A DNA stretch of 35,488 bases from a virus (IMGVR_UViG_3300035148_000364:1-35488); one strand, 5' to 3'; positions 25,062 through 33,915 are shown, numbered from the stretch's first letter. The notes: generated by a model not told the origin, from the sequence alone. Program-made: numbers and translations.

Positions 25062-25562
25062 ATGGCCGGCGACGCACCGTTCGACTACGAAACCATGGCG
25101 GCGATGCTGGGCGGGATGGACGACGAGTCCATCGACCAGTTCGTGAAGCTCGGCGTCCTGGGCCAGGAGGAGGCCATGCTGATGAAGCAGCAGGCGCTCG
25201 CCCGGCACCTCCAGGGTGAGCCGGCCCCGGGGATGCGCGACCTCGGCCGCATCAAGGTGGCCGCGAACCCGCTGGAGCACTTGGGTTCGCTCGCCAAGCA
25301 GGGCGCGGGCGTCTACGGGGACATCGCGACGCAGGGCAAGCTCGACAAGAACCTGGGCGAGCAGAAGGCGGGGCGGGCCTCGATGCTGAAGGGCCTCGCG
25401 GCCCTCTCGGATCCGGCTGCCTGGCTGAAGCGCCGGAAGAAGAACGACCCGGGCTTCACCTACGAAGACGACTTCTCCTCGCCCTACGCCGGCGGCGGCA
25501 TCGATGACCCTTCGGAGTTCTACTACCGGCCAGGGTCCTGGGACGACAACCCGCCAGGCTAG
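25062..25562 (+). CDS. Putative ejection protein, 166 aa
   Basis: VAANPLEHLG motif; position within the ejection cluster. Confidence 0.6.
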   Translation: MAGDAPFDYETMAAMLGGMDDESIDQFVKLGVLGQEEAMLMKQQALARHLQGEPAPGMRDLGRIKVAANPLEHLGSLAKQGAGVYGDIATQGKLDKNLGEQKAGRASMLKGLAALSDPAAWLKRRKKNDPGFTYEDDFSSPYAGGGIDDPSEFYYRPGSWDDNPPG

Positions 25563-25571
25563 GAGAGCAGG

Positions 25572-26768
25572 ATGGCGAACCTCTATGAGTTCATGTCGGC
25601 CGAGGACGAGCCGACCGCTCGTGACCAGGCCCAGGCGCTGATGGACGCCCTGCGCCAGAAAAACACCATGTCGATGGTGATGGGGATGTCGGGCGACCCG
25701 GTCCTCACCGGCGTCGGCAACCAGATCCAGAAGCAGGCCCTGGAGTCGCAGCGGGAGTTCCCGCAGGCGGCGCACTACCGCCAGCAGAACCTGATTCAGG
25801 ACCGGAACCAGCAGCGGCTCATGAAGGTCTATGAGGCGCAACTGGCGAACCAGCAGGCGATGGACGCGCACCGCGTCCGGCAGGACGAGATCGCGCAGGG
25901 CCGGCTGGACGAGATGGTGCGGCACCAGAAGGAGAAGGAGCGGATCGACAAGCTGCGGATCACCCTCCCCAACGGCCAGATGTTCGACAACATCCAGGCC
26001 ATGGGCGACGCGATGATCTCCGGCCTCCAGCCGCCCGACGTGGCGGGCCTGCGCTCCGGCAAGGAGCGGACGGCGCTGATGGCGTACCTGGCCAAGAAGG
26101 GGTTCGACCTCTCGACGGCTCGGCTCGACTGGCTCGGGACGCAGAAGGCCATCGCGTCCATGAACAGCACGCAGCAGTTCCGGCTGCGGAACGCGATCAA
26201 CTTCACCACCGAGCACGCTGGCATGGTTCACCGGCTGTACAAGGAGTACCGCGCCAACGCCGGCCCGAGCCTCCCGCTGAACACCCTCAACAGGGCGGAA
26301 CTCAAGCTCCGCGCCGAGAATGGCGACCCTGCGGCGGTCACCCTGCTCGGCAACATCAACGAACTCGTCGGCGACCTCGCGACCATCTACCAGGGCGGCA
26401 ACACGCCCACCGAGATGTCGATGAAGCTCGCCATGGAAGTCCTCCGCGGCGAGTGGACCGAGGAGCAGTTCGACAAGGCGATGTCCACCCTGCAGCAGGT
26501 GCTCCAGTACCGCAAGAACTCCATCCTCCACTCCGGCCCCGTCACTACGGGTCATATGCAGTACGGCGGCTACGCGGGTGGCGGCGGCGGGACCGGGATG
26601 GGCGGCGGGGGTGCCTTCCAGGGTGGCGCTCCTCCGGCCGGCGGGGTTGCGCCGCCCGGCGGGGCGGCCCCGCCCGGCTCGGCGCTCCCCAACGCGATGA
26701 AGGGTTACCCGGTGCCAGGCGCGGGGCTCTTCACCGACCTCTTCCAGAAGTTCGGGGTGGGACAGTGA
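25572..26768 (+). CDS. Putative ejection protein, 398 aa
   Basis: QAQALMDALRQ N-terminus, helical, Gly-rich tail; AGGAG RBS. Confidence 0.65.
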   Translation: MANLYEFMSAEDEPTARDQAQALMDALRQKNTMSMVMGMSGDPVLTGVGNQIQKQALESQREFPQAAHYRQQNLIQDRNQQRLMKVYEAQLANQQAMDAHRVRQDEIAQGRLDEMVRHQKEKERIDKLRITLPNGQMFDNIQAMGDAMISGLQPPDVAGLRSGKERTALMAYLAKKGFDLSTARLDWLGTQKAIASMNSTQQFRLRNAINFTTEHAGMVHRLYKEYRANAGPSLPLNTLNRAELKLRAENGDPAAVTLLGNINELVGDLATIYQGGNTPTEMSMKLAMEVLRGEWTEEQFDKAMSTLQQVLQYRKNSILHSGPVTTGHMQYGGYAGGGGGTGMGGGGAFQGGAPPAGGVAPPGGAAPPGSALPNAMKGYPVPGAGLFTDLFQKFGVGQ

Positions 26769-28597
26769 GCAAGGTAGACGACCTCTACATGGACCTGAGC
26801 CGGGCCTACCGGATCCCCGACGGCACGCCCAACAAGGATGTGCTCATCGGCCGCATCCGCTCGGCCCTGGCCGAGGCCTCGAAGAAGGAGAATCTGGAGT
26901 ACCGGAAGGCCGACCTCAGGGCCCAGGCCCAGAAGGACTCCCGGTTCTCGCAGTTCGGCGGCGGCGTCGCCGAGGGCCTCACCCACATCCCCCTGCGCCT
27001 GGCCCACCTAGTGGGCGGGGTGGACGATGACGCGATACAGGAGATGAAGCTCCGCGAGGCGGCCACCGACACCGGGATGGGCCACGTCGGGCGCTTCGTC
27101 GGCGAGGCGGCGCTCACCGCCCCCATCGGCATGGGCGCGGGCTCTGCGGTGCGCGCAGGCGCTCGGGCGCTGCCGGCCGCGCTGGGGCTGGCTCGCGGGG
27201 CACCGGCGGTCGCGCCGGGCGTGCAGGTTCTTGCCAGCGGCCTCCAGGGCCCCGCCTCGTCCGCTGGTGGGCGCGGCCTGTCGGCCCTGGCGGGCGTCCT
27301 GGGCGGCGAGTTCGCCGAGGGTGCCATCCCGTCTGCGCTCATGTCCGAGCCGGGCAACGCGGTGAAGGAGGGGGTCCAGGGCGGGGTCCTGAACGTCTTC
27401 CTCCCCCGGGCGCTCGGGGCGGCTGGTCGGCTCGTGACCGGCCCGGCCCGGCCGGCGGCTGGGACGGCGGCCGAGCGCCTGCTGGCGCGGGGCGCGGACC
27501 TGACCCCTGGCCAGGCCAACCCGACGAGCCTCTGGGGCCAGTTGGAGGAATTCGCGCAGTCCATTGGCCCGTGGGCGAAGAACGCCCGCGAGGCCGGCGA
27601 GGAGTCCATTCGCAACGTGGGCCGCAGGACGGCGCTCATGCCGGGGATGACGATGCCTGAGGGGACCGCGACTGCCAAGTCGAAGGCGATCTACGATCAG
27701 TTGGGGGACGCCTACGATAAGGTGCTGGCCGGGAAGACCCTCTACCCGTCCGCGCCCACCGGCCCGAAGGGCAAGTGGGAGACCCTGGACGAGTCCTTCA
27801 AGCGCGTGGTGGCGTCGCCGGACTACTCGCTCTCGGGGACCATGGTCTCCCCCGATCAGCGCGCAAAGGTGGGCGGCTTCCTGACCGATCAGCTTGGGAT
27901 CCTCTGGCCAGACGCTGGCGTGCCGCCGGCAGGAGCCCTCGCAGAGGTGAGCGCGGCGAAGCTGCAGAAGGTCCGCGAGAACATCCGCACGGCGTACCGC
28001 TCGACAATGGACCCCGCCGAGAAGGCGTTGCTCTCGAAGGCCGACGAGGTGGTGTCGGGTGCCATCGGCACCCAGCTTCCCGCGGAGCGCGCTGCGCTCG
28101 GGGAGATCGACAAGCACTACCGCCGGTGGGCAACCATCGCCAGCGCAGAGGCGCAGAAGAACGTGGCCACCAAGGGCGGGAAGTGGACCGCCATGGAACT
28201 GGAGCGCGGAGCCCTTCGCGGCCTCACGCCCAACCGCGTGGCGACCGGAGCAGACCCGAGCGGCCTGCGTTCGCTCGCCGAGGATATGTATCAGGTGACC
28301 CAGGTCCGCAGCCCTCCGACCGGGCAGAGGATCGCGCTCATGGCCGGGCTCGGGACGGCCGGCGCGGCCACGGGTGCCTACCTGGGCGGCCTGCCCGGGG
28401 AGGTCGGTGGCGGCGCGGTGGGCCTCGGGCTCCCCGTCCTTGCTGGGCTTGCGGCGGTCAGCCCGACCGCCCGGCGCTACCTGACCGGACAGTACGGGGT
28501 CCAGAAGTTCCTCTCGTCGGAGCCCATCGTGCGGGCCCTCCGCGCCGGAGTCGCCGTGCCGGCGTCGAGCTACACCGTCGAGCAGTTGAACGAGTGA
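26765..28597 (+). CDS. Large ejection protein (P22 gp16-like position), 610 aa
   Basis: GTGA coupling; Gly/Ala-rich hydrophobic segments, LTPGQA motif, C-terminal membrane-like helices. Confidence 0.65.
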   Translation: MSKVDDLYMDLSRAYRIPDGTPNKDVLIGRIRSALAEASKKENLEYRKADLRAQAQKDSRFSQFGGGVAEGLTHIPLRLAHLVGGVDDDAIQEMKLREAATDTGMGHVGRFVGEAALTAPIGMGAGSAVRAGARALPAALGLARGAPAVAPGVQVLASGLQGPASSAGGRGLSALAGVLGGEFAEGAIPSALMSEPGNAVKEGVQGGVLNVFLPRALGAAGRLVTGPARPAAGTAAERLLARGADLTPGQANPTSLWGQLEEFAQSIGPWAKNAREAGEESIRNVGRRTALMPGMTMPEGTATAKSKAIYDQLGDAYDKVLAGKTLYPSAPTGPKGKWETLDESFKRVVASPDYSLSGTMVSPDQRAKVGGFLTDQLGILWPDAGVPPAGALAEVSAAKLQKVRENIRTAYRSTMDPAEKALLSKADEVVSGAIGTQLPAERAALGEIDKHYRRWATIASAEAQKNVATKGGKWTAMELERGALRGLTPNRVATGADPSGLRSLAEDMYQVTQVRSPPTGQRIALMAGLGTAGAATGAYLGGLPGEVGGGAVGLGLPVLAGLAAVSPTARRYLTGQYGVQKFLSSEPIVRALRAGVAVPASSYTVEQLNE

Positions 28598-28610
28598 ACG
28601 GAGAGTAACG

Positions 28611-29594
28611 ATGCCAAGGGATGCCAACGGTACCTTCACCCTGGTGGCGGGGAACCCGGTCCAGGCCGGCGCTCTGACGAGCCGCGCCTGGGCGAACGCG
28701 ACCCTCGCCGACATCGAGGACGCGCTCACCGACTCGCTCTCGCGCTCCGGCCAGGGCGGCCTGCTCGGCCCGTTCCTCGTCCCGAGCGGATCGGTGACTG
28801 CCCCGGGCGTGTCGTTCGCGAGCGACACCGGCTCCGGCCTCTACCTGCCGGGCACCGGCGACCTCCGCGTGGCGGCGGCCGGCACGCAGGTGGCGCGCTT
28901 CTACAACGGCATCCTCTCCGCGGACAAGGTCAACTTCGGCGCGGCGATGGCGGGCTACGGCGAGTACCAGAACGTGGTGTTCACCAATGGCTGGGACACG
29001 CCGGACGGCGGGACGCTCGGCTACAATCAGGTGCGCTGCAGAGTCCCGGCGCAGTTCACCAAGACGGTGGAATTCACGAGCGCGCCGACGATCAACGGCT
29101 GGAAGCTCGCCAACCAGTCGCAGGTGATGTGCAAGGTCCCCAACATCCTGACCACCAACGCGGACCAGGCGGTCAACTCGGCCACGCCATACGATCTCTT
29201 CTCGATCAACGTCCCCGGCTACGGGTGGACGAACTTCGAGGGCTGGGTCTACCACCAGACCTCTGGAACGGGCGTGGGTCTCCAGATGTACCTGCCGGCC
29301 ACCACCGGAGGCACCTACAACAGCAGTTACTTGGAGTACCACCAGTGGACGAGCGCCTCGGTCGTCACGGTCGCCACGAGCACCGCGTGGAGCGCCACCA
29401 CCGTCGGCAACTCGGCCGCTGGCCCCGGGACCGCCACCAGGCTCTCGATGGTGCGCGGGTTCGTGCGGAACGGTGGCGCGGGCACCCTCACCGCCAAGAT
29501 CCAGGCGCTCGACGGCAGCGGCGCGACCACCGGCAGCGTCACCTGCTACGCGACCAGCGTCCTCTTCGCTCACTCGCAGAACCTCGACATCTAG
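28611..29594 (+). CDS. Tail fibre/spike protein
   Basis: MPRDANGTFTL..GNPV......WANATLADI..ALTDSLSRSGQGG virion-attachment N-domain; GSVTAPGVSF.SDTGSGLY; beta-rich C-terminus. Confidence 0.8.
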   Translation: MPRDANGTFTLVAGNPVQAGALTSRAWANATLADIEDALTDSLSRSGQGGLLGPFLVPSGSVTAPGVSFASDTGSGLYLPGTGDLRVAAAGTQVARFYNGILSADKVNFGAAMAGYGEYQNVVFTNGWDTPDGGTLGYNQVRCRVPAQFTKTVEFTSAPTINGWKLANQSQVMCKVPNILTTNADQAVNSATPYDLFSINVPGYGWTNFEGWVYHQTSGTGVGLQMYLPATTGGTYNSSYLEYHQWTSASVVTVATSTAWSATTVGNSAAGPGTATRLSMVRGFVRNGGAGTLTAKIQALDGSGATTGSVTCYATSVLFAHSQNLDI

Positions 29595-29601
29595 GACGGC
29601 C

Positions 29602-29787
29602 ATGGAAGAGAAGACCCTCCAGTTGCAGGCTGAGTACACCGTCACCCTCAAGGGCGCGGAGTGGGGCCTCGTGGCCCAGGCGCTCTCGAACCTCCCGTAC
29701 AACCGGGTGGCCACCCTCATCGCCGACATCGAGGAGCAGCTTCAGCGGGGCCCTAGGCTCGTGCATCCGGTGCAGGTGGTGCCCTGA
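29602..29787 (+). CDS. Small fibre-associated protein (chaperone-like), 61 aa
   Basis: ALSNLPYNRVATLIADIEEQ motif often found after tail fibre genes. Confidence 0.6.
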   Translation: MEEKTLQLQAEYTVTLKGAEWGLVAQALSNLPYNRVATLIADIEEQLQRGPRLVHPVQVVP

Positions 29788-30566
29788 TGCCTGGTCTCGG
29801 CTGGCTCCCAGACCGACCGGACCCACGCGACCTCCTCTATCGCCGAGAGGTGCGCTCGCGGACGCGGATGCTGCTGGCCCGGCCGCGCCGGCCGCGGAAG
29901 GTGGACCTCCGGGGACCGTTCATGCCCCCCGTGTACCAGCAGGGCGAGATCGGCAGTTGCACCAGCCAGGCCTGGTGCGGGATGGTGAGTTTCGTCAGGG
30001 CCAGGCTCGGCTCCCCGCTGCGCGACTTCAGCCGGCTGGCGCACTACTACGATCAGCGGCTCGCGCTCGGCACCGTCAACGAGGACAGCGGGAGCTACCT
30101 GCGCGAGGGCGGGAAGAGCATCAGCCGCACCGGGCTCGGCATCGAGGCCCTGTGGCCATACGATCCGGCCAGGTTCCGCGAGTACCCGGCGATGGAGTGC
30201 CTGCACGAGGGCTACCACCGCCGCATCGGCGCGAAGTACATCCGGCTGGAGACCGTGCGCGACATCCTCGACTGCCTGGCGCAGGGATGGCCAGTGGTCT
30301 TCGGGGCCACACTCTTCGAGAGCTTCATGGGTGGGGTCGAGTGGCCGGACGGCTGGGAGGTCCCCGAGCCGGGGCCGGGCGAGGGGGTCGTCGGCGGCCA
30401 CGCGATGATGGTGGTCGGCTATGACCTCACCCGGAAGAATCCGGCGCTGCTCGTCAGGAACTCCTGGGGGCCGGAGTGGGGCCGGGAGGGCTACTGCCTC
30501 TTCCCCGTCCGGCTCTTCAAGGCGACCGCGTCCGACTTCTGGAGCTTGCGGTATATCGCGGCGTAG
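29787..30566 (+). CDS. Papain-family (C1A, xylellain-like) cysteine peptidase
   Basis: GWLPDRPDPRD N-terminus, QGEIGSCT (oxyanion Q, catalytic C), GGHAMMVVGYD (H), VRNSWGPEWGREGY (N). Confidence 0.92.
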   Translation: MPGLGWLPDRPDPRDLLYRREVRSRTRMLLARPRRPRKVDLRGPFMPPVYQQGEIGSCTSQAWCGMVSFVRARLGSPLRDFSRLAHYYDQRLALGTVNEDSGSYLREGGKSISRTGLGIEALWPYDPARFREYPAMECLHEGYHRRIGAKYIRLETVRDILDCLAQGWPVVFGATLFESFMGGVEWPDGWEVPEPGPGEGVVGGHAMMVVGYDLTRKNPALLVRNSWGPEWGREGYCLFPVRLFKATASDFWSLRYIAA

Positions 30567-30955
30567 CGGCGAGGCGTCATCCCCCCGGTCAGCCGCTTGT
30601 GCAGATCGCGCTCCATGGCCTTCACCGCCAGTTGGGCCTGGCGGTGGTAGCTATTGGCCTTGGCGTGCGCCCAGAACTGGACGAGCCAGTGGAAGCGGGT
30701 GGGGTAGTTCTCGGTCTTCATCCGATGGTGCTTGCGGCAGAGCACCCAGCAGTTGGTCGGCGACTGCTTCGCCTTGGCGCGACCCCAGAAGTGGTCGAGG
30801 TCGGTTGCGCGCTCGTTGCACTCGAAGTACGCGCAGGTGTTCATCTCGCGGATCATGCAGTAGGCGCGGATGTCGAGGAGGTCCTGCGCCTGGACCCTGC
30901 GCCTCGCCACCCGCCTCGCCACCCGGTCACGCTTCGTTGGCTTGGGGAACATCAT
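30491..30955 (-). CDS. HNH-type endonuclease-like protein, 154 aa
   Basis: C....C....DLDH..GR......NCWVLCRKHH. Confidence 0.7.
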   Translation of the reverse strand: MMFPKPTKRDRVARRVARRRVQAQDLLDIRAYCMIREMNTCAYFECNERATDLDHFWGRAKAKQSPTNCWVLCRKHHRMKTENYPTRFHWLVQFWAHAKANSYHRQAQLAVKAMERDLHKRLTGGMTPRRYAAIYRKLQKSDAVALKSRTGKRQ

Positions 30956-31328
30956 CCCTCCATCTCCTTGCGATCCAAACGACCGCCTGCCGGCCGCTCC
31001 TCGTGGGCCTGGTGCGGCCGGAGTCCACCACCTTGCCCGCCTCCACCAGTTCCACCCGGCGCGGGCGCACCGTCGAGGGGGAGATCCGCAGGCCCACCTC
31101 GATCTCGTCATCGGTCGCTCCGCGAGCGCCCATGCGGTCGATGAAGTTGAACACCACCTCGCGCAGGTTGTGGGCCTGGCCGGAGATGTCATGCGCGGCG
31201 GCCTTGCTGGTCGGGCTGTGCTTCTGGTACGGGACACCCGGCTCCTTGGCCTGGATGGCCGCGAGGAGGGGCGGAAGCTCGCCGCAGTGCTTGCAGGTGC
31301 AATAGAGGCCGTGGTGGTTCTTAGCCAT
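30927..31328 (-). CDS. Winged-helix DNA-binding protein
   Basis: GATDDEI...L.ISPSTVRPRRVELVEAGKVVDSG.TRPTRSGRQAVVW; N-terminal CTCKHC. Confidence 0.75.
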   Translation of the reverse strand: MAKNHHGLYCTCKHCGELPPLLAAIQAKEPGVPYQKHSPTSKAAAHDISGQAHNLREVVFNFIDRMGARGATDDEIEVGLRISPSTVRPRRVELVEAGKVVDSGRTRPTRSGRQAVVWIARRWRDDVPQANEA

Positions 31329-31548
31329 CGGTCTTCCCCTTCCTGGGACGCTGGACCCGCTTGTACCGCCGCACTGCCTCGCCCTTGAACCCGATGGCCG
31401 GGCAGGACATGAAGTGGCACTTGTCGCAGACCACCCAGCCGGTCAGGTACCCGTTGAGCGAGGTGTAGGTGCGAAGCTCGACCCAGCGGTGCTTCCCGCT
31501 GCCGCAGGAGCGGACGTGCGGGGTCAGGTCTTCGTAGGTGTCGCTCAC
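31321..31548 (-). CDS. Small Zn-ribbon hypothetical protein, 75 aa
   Basis: GTG after GGAGG; C....H and CDKC. Confidence 0.55.
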   Translation of the reverse strand: MSDTYEDLTPHVRSCGSGKHRWVELRTYTSLNGYLTGWVVCDKCHFMSCPAIGFKGEAVRRYKRVQRPRKGKTDG

Positions 31549-31829
31549 GGCCCCACCTCCGCGAGAGCGGCGCGGGCGGCCTCGTCGCATACGTCGCAGA
31601 GCATAGAGCCGCAGCACTTCTCGACCGCCCGCAGCGCCGCAGCGAGGCGGCTAATGGTTCCCGTCGCCTCCATGTATGAGCCTCGCCAGCCGTCCCGCTC
31701 CCGCTCGGCCTGCTCCCATGCGTGCGCTTGCTCATGCGCGTTCATGCGCGCCTCGTCCCGCTCCCGGGTGAGGCGCTCGACGGTCTCCTGTGCGTCCCTG
31801 AGCAGCGCGACCCACCCAGCGTCGCTCAT
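31545..31829 (-). CDS. Coiled-coil hypothetical protein, 94 aa
   Basis: ERDEAR repeats, CC...CDVC; ATGA coupling. Confidence 0.6.
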   Translation of the reverse strand: MSDAGWVALLRDAQETVERLTRERDEARMNAHEQAHAWEQAERERDGWRGSYMEATGTISRLAAALRAVEKCCGSMLCDVCDEAARAALAEVGP

Positions 31830-31999
31830 GGCTTCACCACCTCCTTGGCGACCGGGGCGTACCGGGCGCGGAGGTCGGCCTCCTGCCAGGCCTGGCCGAG
31901 CCTCGCGCACCCGAGCGCCGACGAGAACACGAGCCAGATGACCAGGGTCCAGAAGATGATGAGCAACCCGCGCACCACTCCATCCATCGCTCGGTCCAT
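31826..31999 (-). CDS. Small putative lipoprotein, 57 aa (not in ORF track)
   Basis: MDRAMDGVVRGLLIIFWTLVIWLVFSSALG-C...; GGAG RBS; lipobox-like ALGC. Confidence 0.55.
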   Translation of the reverse strand: MDRAMDGVVRGLLIIFWTLVIWLVFSSALGCARLGQAWQEADLRARYAPVAKEVVKP

Positions 32000-32008
32000 G
32001 GCTCCCTC

Positions 32009-33052
32009 CTAGAACGGCACGTCCTGCTGGGCGTCCTCCTCCTGCTCCCGCATCCGGCGCTCCTGCTCCTCGGCCAGGGCGGCGGCCTTGGCCTTGTCGG
32101 CCCGCTCGGCGGCGATGGCCTGGACCCTGGCCTCCAGCTTGTCGAGGTCCTCGGCGGTCCACTGGTTCGAGGGGCGGGCCTCCCCGAGCACGCCAGCCAC
32201 GAAGCTCGGCAGGCCGTCCTTGCCGTACCCCAGGCCCTGGTAGGCGACCCAGAGCAACTGGCGGCGGGCGGGGATGGGCAGGGCCTTGCGGACGGGGTCT
32301 GGAGCGCCCTGGCGGGCCGCTGGGGCCTTCTCCGGGGTGGCCTGGGGGGTGGGTACCGGGGGAGGGGCCTGCGTGGCCCTGGAGGCCGCCGGGAGCGCCC
32401 CGACCTCGCGCTCGGGGGAGGGCTCGGCGGGCTCCACCTCGACCTCGGCCTCGGCGGCGTGGAGGCTGGCCTGGCCCATCTCGGCCGGCTCGTTGATGCC
32501 GGAGAGCACGTCGGGGTAGGCGCGCTTGAGGCTGGTGAACCTCGCGACCTTCTCGATCATGATGTCGGGCTTGTTGCGCCAGAAGTGGGAGCGGGTGTCC
32601 ACATACTGGGAGAAGCGGACGAGCGCGACGAAGGGGAGCTTGCCCTTGCGGTGCGTCACGGCCCAGGCCCCGACGATCTGGCCTCGGTCGCCGAAGGGGT
32701 TACACTCGTGGGTCTTGACCACACCGGACTTGTGGTCGAAGACGAACTCGTCCTTCGAGTAGACGACCGCCGCGAGGGTGCCCTCATAGTCGGGCTCGCG
32801 GGCGGCGCGGGACTGGACGCCCTCGATGCCGGCCTGGATCGAGATGGTCTCCTGCCACTTGCCGTCCTCGTCCTTGTAGCGGCGCTTGACGAAGTGGATC
32901 TGCTTCTGGAGCGGGTCCATTCCCGCCTTCTGGGCGACGTGCAGGAACATCTTCAACTCATCGTCGCTCGCGCCCTTCGCGACGGTGCGCTTGATGAGGT
33001 CCACCTGACTCGCGGTGAACGTGGCCTCCGACTTCTGGATGGCGGTGGTCAT
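32009..33052 (-). CDS. bet: Bet/RecT-family single-strand annealing recombinase
   Basis: QVDLIKRTVAKGASDDELKMFL..A...GMDPLQKQIHFVKR, W...P..MIEKVA....LKRAYP; acidic DVPF tail. Confidence 0.9.
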   Translation of the reverse strand: MTTAIQKSEATFTASQVDLIKRTVAKGASDDELKMFLHVAQKAGMDPLQKQIHFVKRRYKDEDGKWQETISIQAGIEGVQSRAAREPDYEGTLAAVVYSKDEFVFDHKSGVVKTHECNPFGDRGQIVGAWAVTHRKGKLPFVALVRFSQYVDTRSHFWRNKPDIMIEKVARFTSLKRAYPDVLSGINEPAEMGQASLHAAEAEVEVEPAEPSPEREVGALPAASRATQAPPPVPTPQATPEKAPAARQGAPDPVRKALPIPARRQLLWVAYQGLGYGKDGLPSFVAGVLGEARPSNQWTAEDLDKLEARVQAIAAERADKAKAAALAEEQERRMREQEEDAQQDVPF

Positions 33053-33684
33053 GGCAACTCCTTCGTGGGCTTCGGGGCAACCAGGGCTGCGCTCACGTCC
33101 GGCTTGATGTACGGCTCGTCCACCTGGGGCTGCTCGGCCATGCCGGGCGGGATGATGCCCTTCTCCTCGGCGTAGTCGCGGATGGCGCGGATGTCGGGCT
33201 CGACCTTGATGCGGACTAGCTCGACCAGTCCCTGGTCCTGGGCCCAGGCGGCGAGCGCGTTCTCGTCCATGACCGCGAGGCGGTCGCCGCGGGAGCGGAA
33301 GCCGACCGTCCCGTAGACGAGGGTGCGGCTCTTCTTCTTCCCGTGCTTCAGGATCTCGTCGCGGTGCTGGCGCAGGTAGAGCTTGGCGTGCCCGGTGAGG
33401 AAGGCGACGCCGTGCTCGGCCCGCTCGTTGAGGCGCTCGATGCGCGACTCGGCGTGGGCGATGGCGGCGCGGAGCAGGCGCTTGTTCTCCTCGACCTCGG
33501 CCTGGATCTCCGCGATCCGCATCAGCACCCAGTCCAACTCCTCCAGGCTCTGGGGGCCGTTCCAGTGCCCGGTGCGGACCTCGGGCCGCTCCTCGTCCAT
33601 GTACTGCTCCGAGCGGTCGAGCTTCTCCTGTGCTTCGGCTGCGGCCTCCACGAGGGCGAGCGCAGCAGACTTCTCCGGGGCCAT
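33049..33684 (-). CDS. Mu Gam-like host-nuclease inhibitor / DNA end-binding protein, 211 aa
   Basis: LDWVLMRIAEIQ coiled coil, KKKSRTLVYGTVGFRS, IPPG; adjacent to the recombinase. Confidence 0.75.
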   Translation of the reverse strand: MAPEKSAALALVEAAAEAQEKLDRSEQYMDEERPEVRTGHWNGPQSLEELDWVLMRIAEIQAEVEENKRLLRAAIAHAESRIERLNERAEHGVAFLTGHAKLYLRQHRDEILKHGKKKSRTLVYGTVGFRSRGDRLAVMDENALAAWAQDQGLVELVRIKVEPDIRAIRDYAEEKGIIPPGMAEQPQVDEPYIKPDVSAALVAPKPTKELP

Positions 33685-33692
33685 GACTCCTC

Positions 33693-33899
33693 CTAGGGCA
33701 ACAGGGCCTTGGGGGTGGTTCCCATCGCGTTGGCCAGCGTCCCGAGCATCTCCACCGAGGGGGACCTCCGACCCACCTCCATGCTCGCGACGTGCGACAC
33801 CGAGATCTCGCACTTCACCGCCAGGGCCTGCTGCGAGAGCTTGGCCTTGTGGCGAGCGGCGCGGATCTTCTCTCCGACTGCCTGCTTCAGATTGTCCAC
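33693..33899 (-). CDS. XRE/Cro-family HTH regulator, 68 aa
   Basis: GEKIRAARHKAKLSQQALA...ISVSHVASMEVGRRSPSVEML..LANA; AGGAGG RBS; no S24 peptidase domain. Confidence 0.9.
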   Translation of the reverse strand: MDNLKQAVGEKIRAARHKAKLSQQALAVKCEISVSHVASMEVGRRSPSVEMLGTLANAMGTTPKALLP

Positions 33900-33915
33900 G
33901 GTGCTCCTCCTTGCC

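Noticed and set aside
23628-26555. 975-aa minus-strand ORF, and similar long antisense ORFs at 4129-5664, 5839-7689, 13356-15410, 20013-21701 and 27008-28828
   Set aside because: Shadow frames of high-GC3 genes on the opposite strand; no motifs or RBS, and the plus-strand genes are clearly real
30491-31735. ORF-track long versions of several genes (30491-31735, 303-995, 7921-8745, 17014-18588, 17985-19043, 26453-28597, 33693-34226)
   Set aside because: N-terminal extensions overlap other real genes; starts were reassigned to RBS-supported or coupled codons
33693-33899. CI repressor indicating a temperate prophage
   Set aside because: HTH only, co-oriented within the early operon; no divergent cro, integrase, att site or flanking host genes seen, so lifestyle is undetermined
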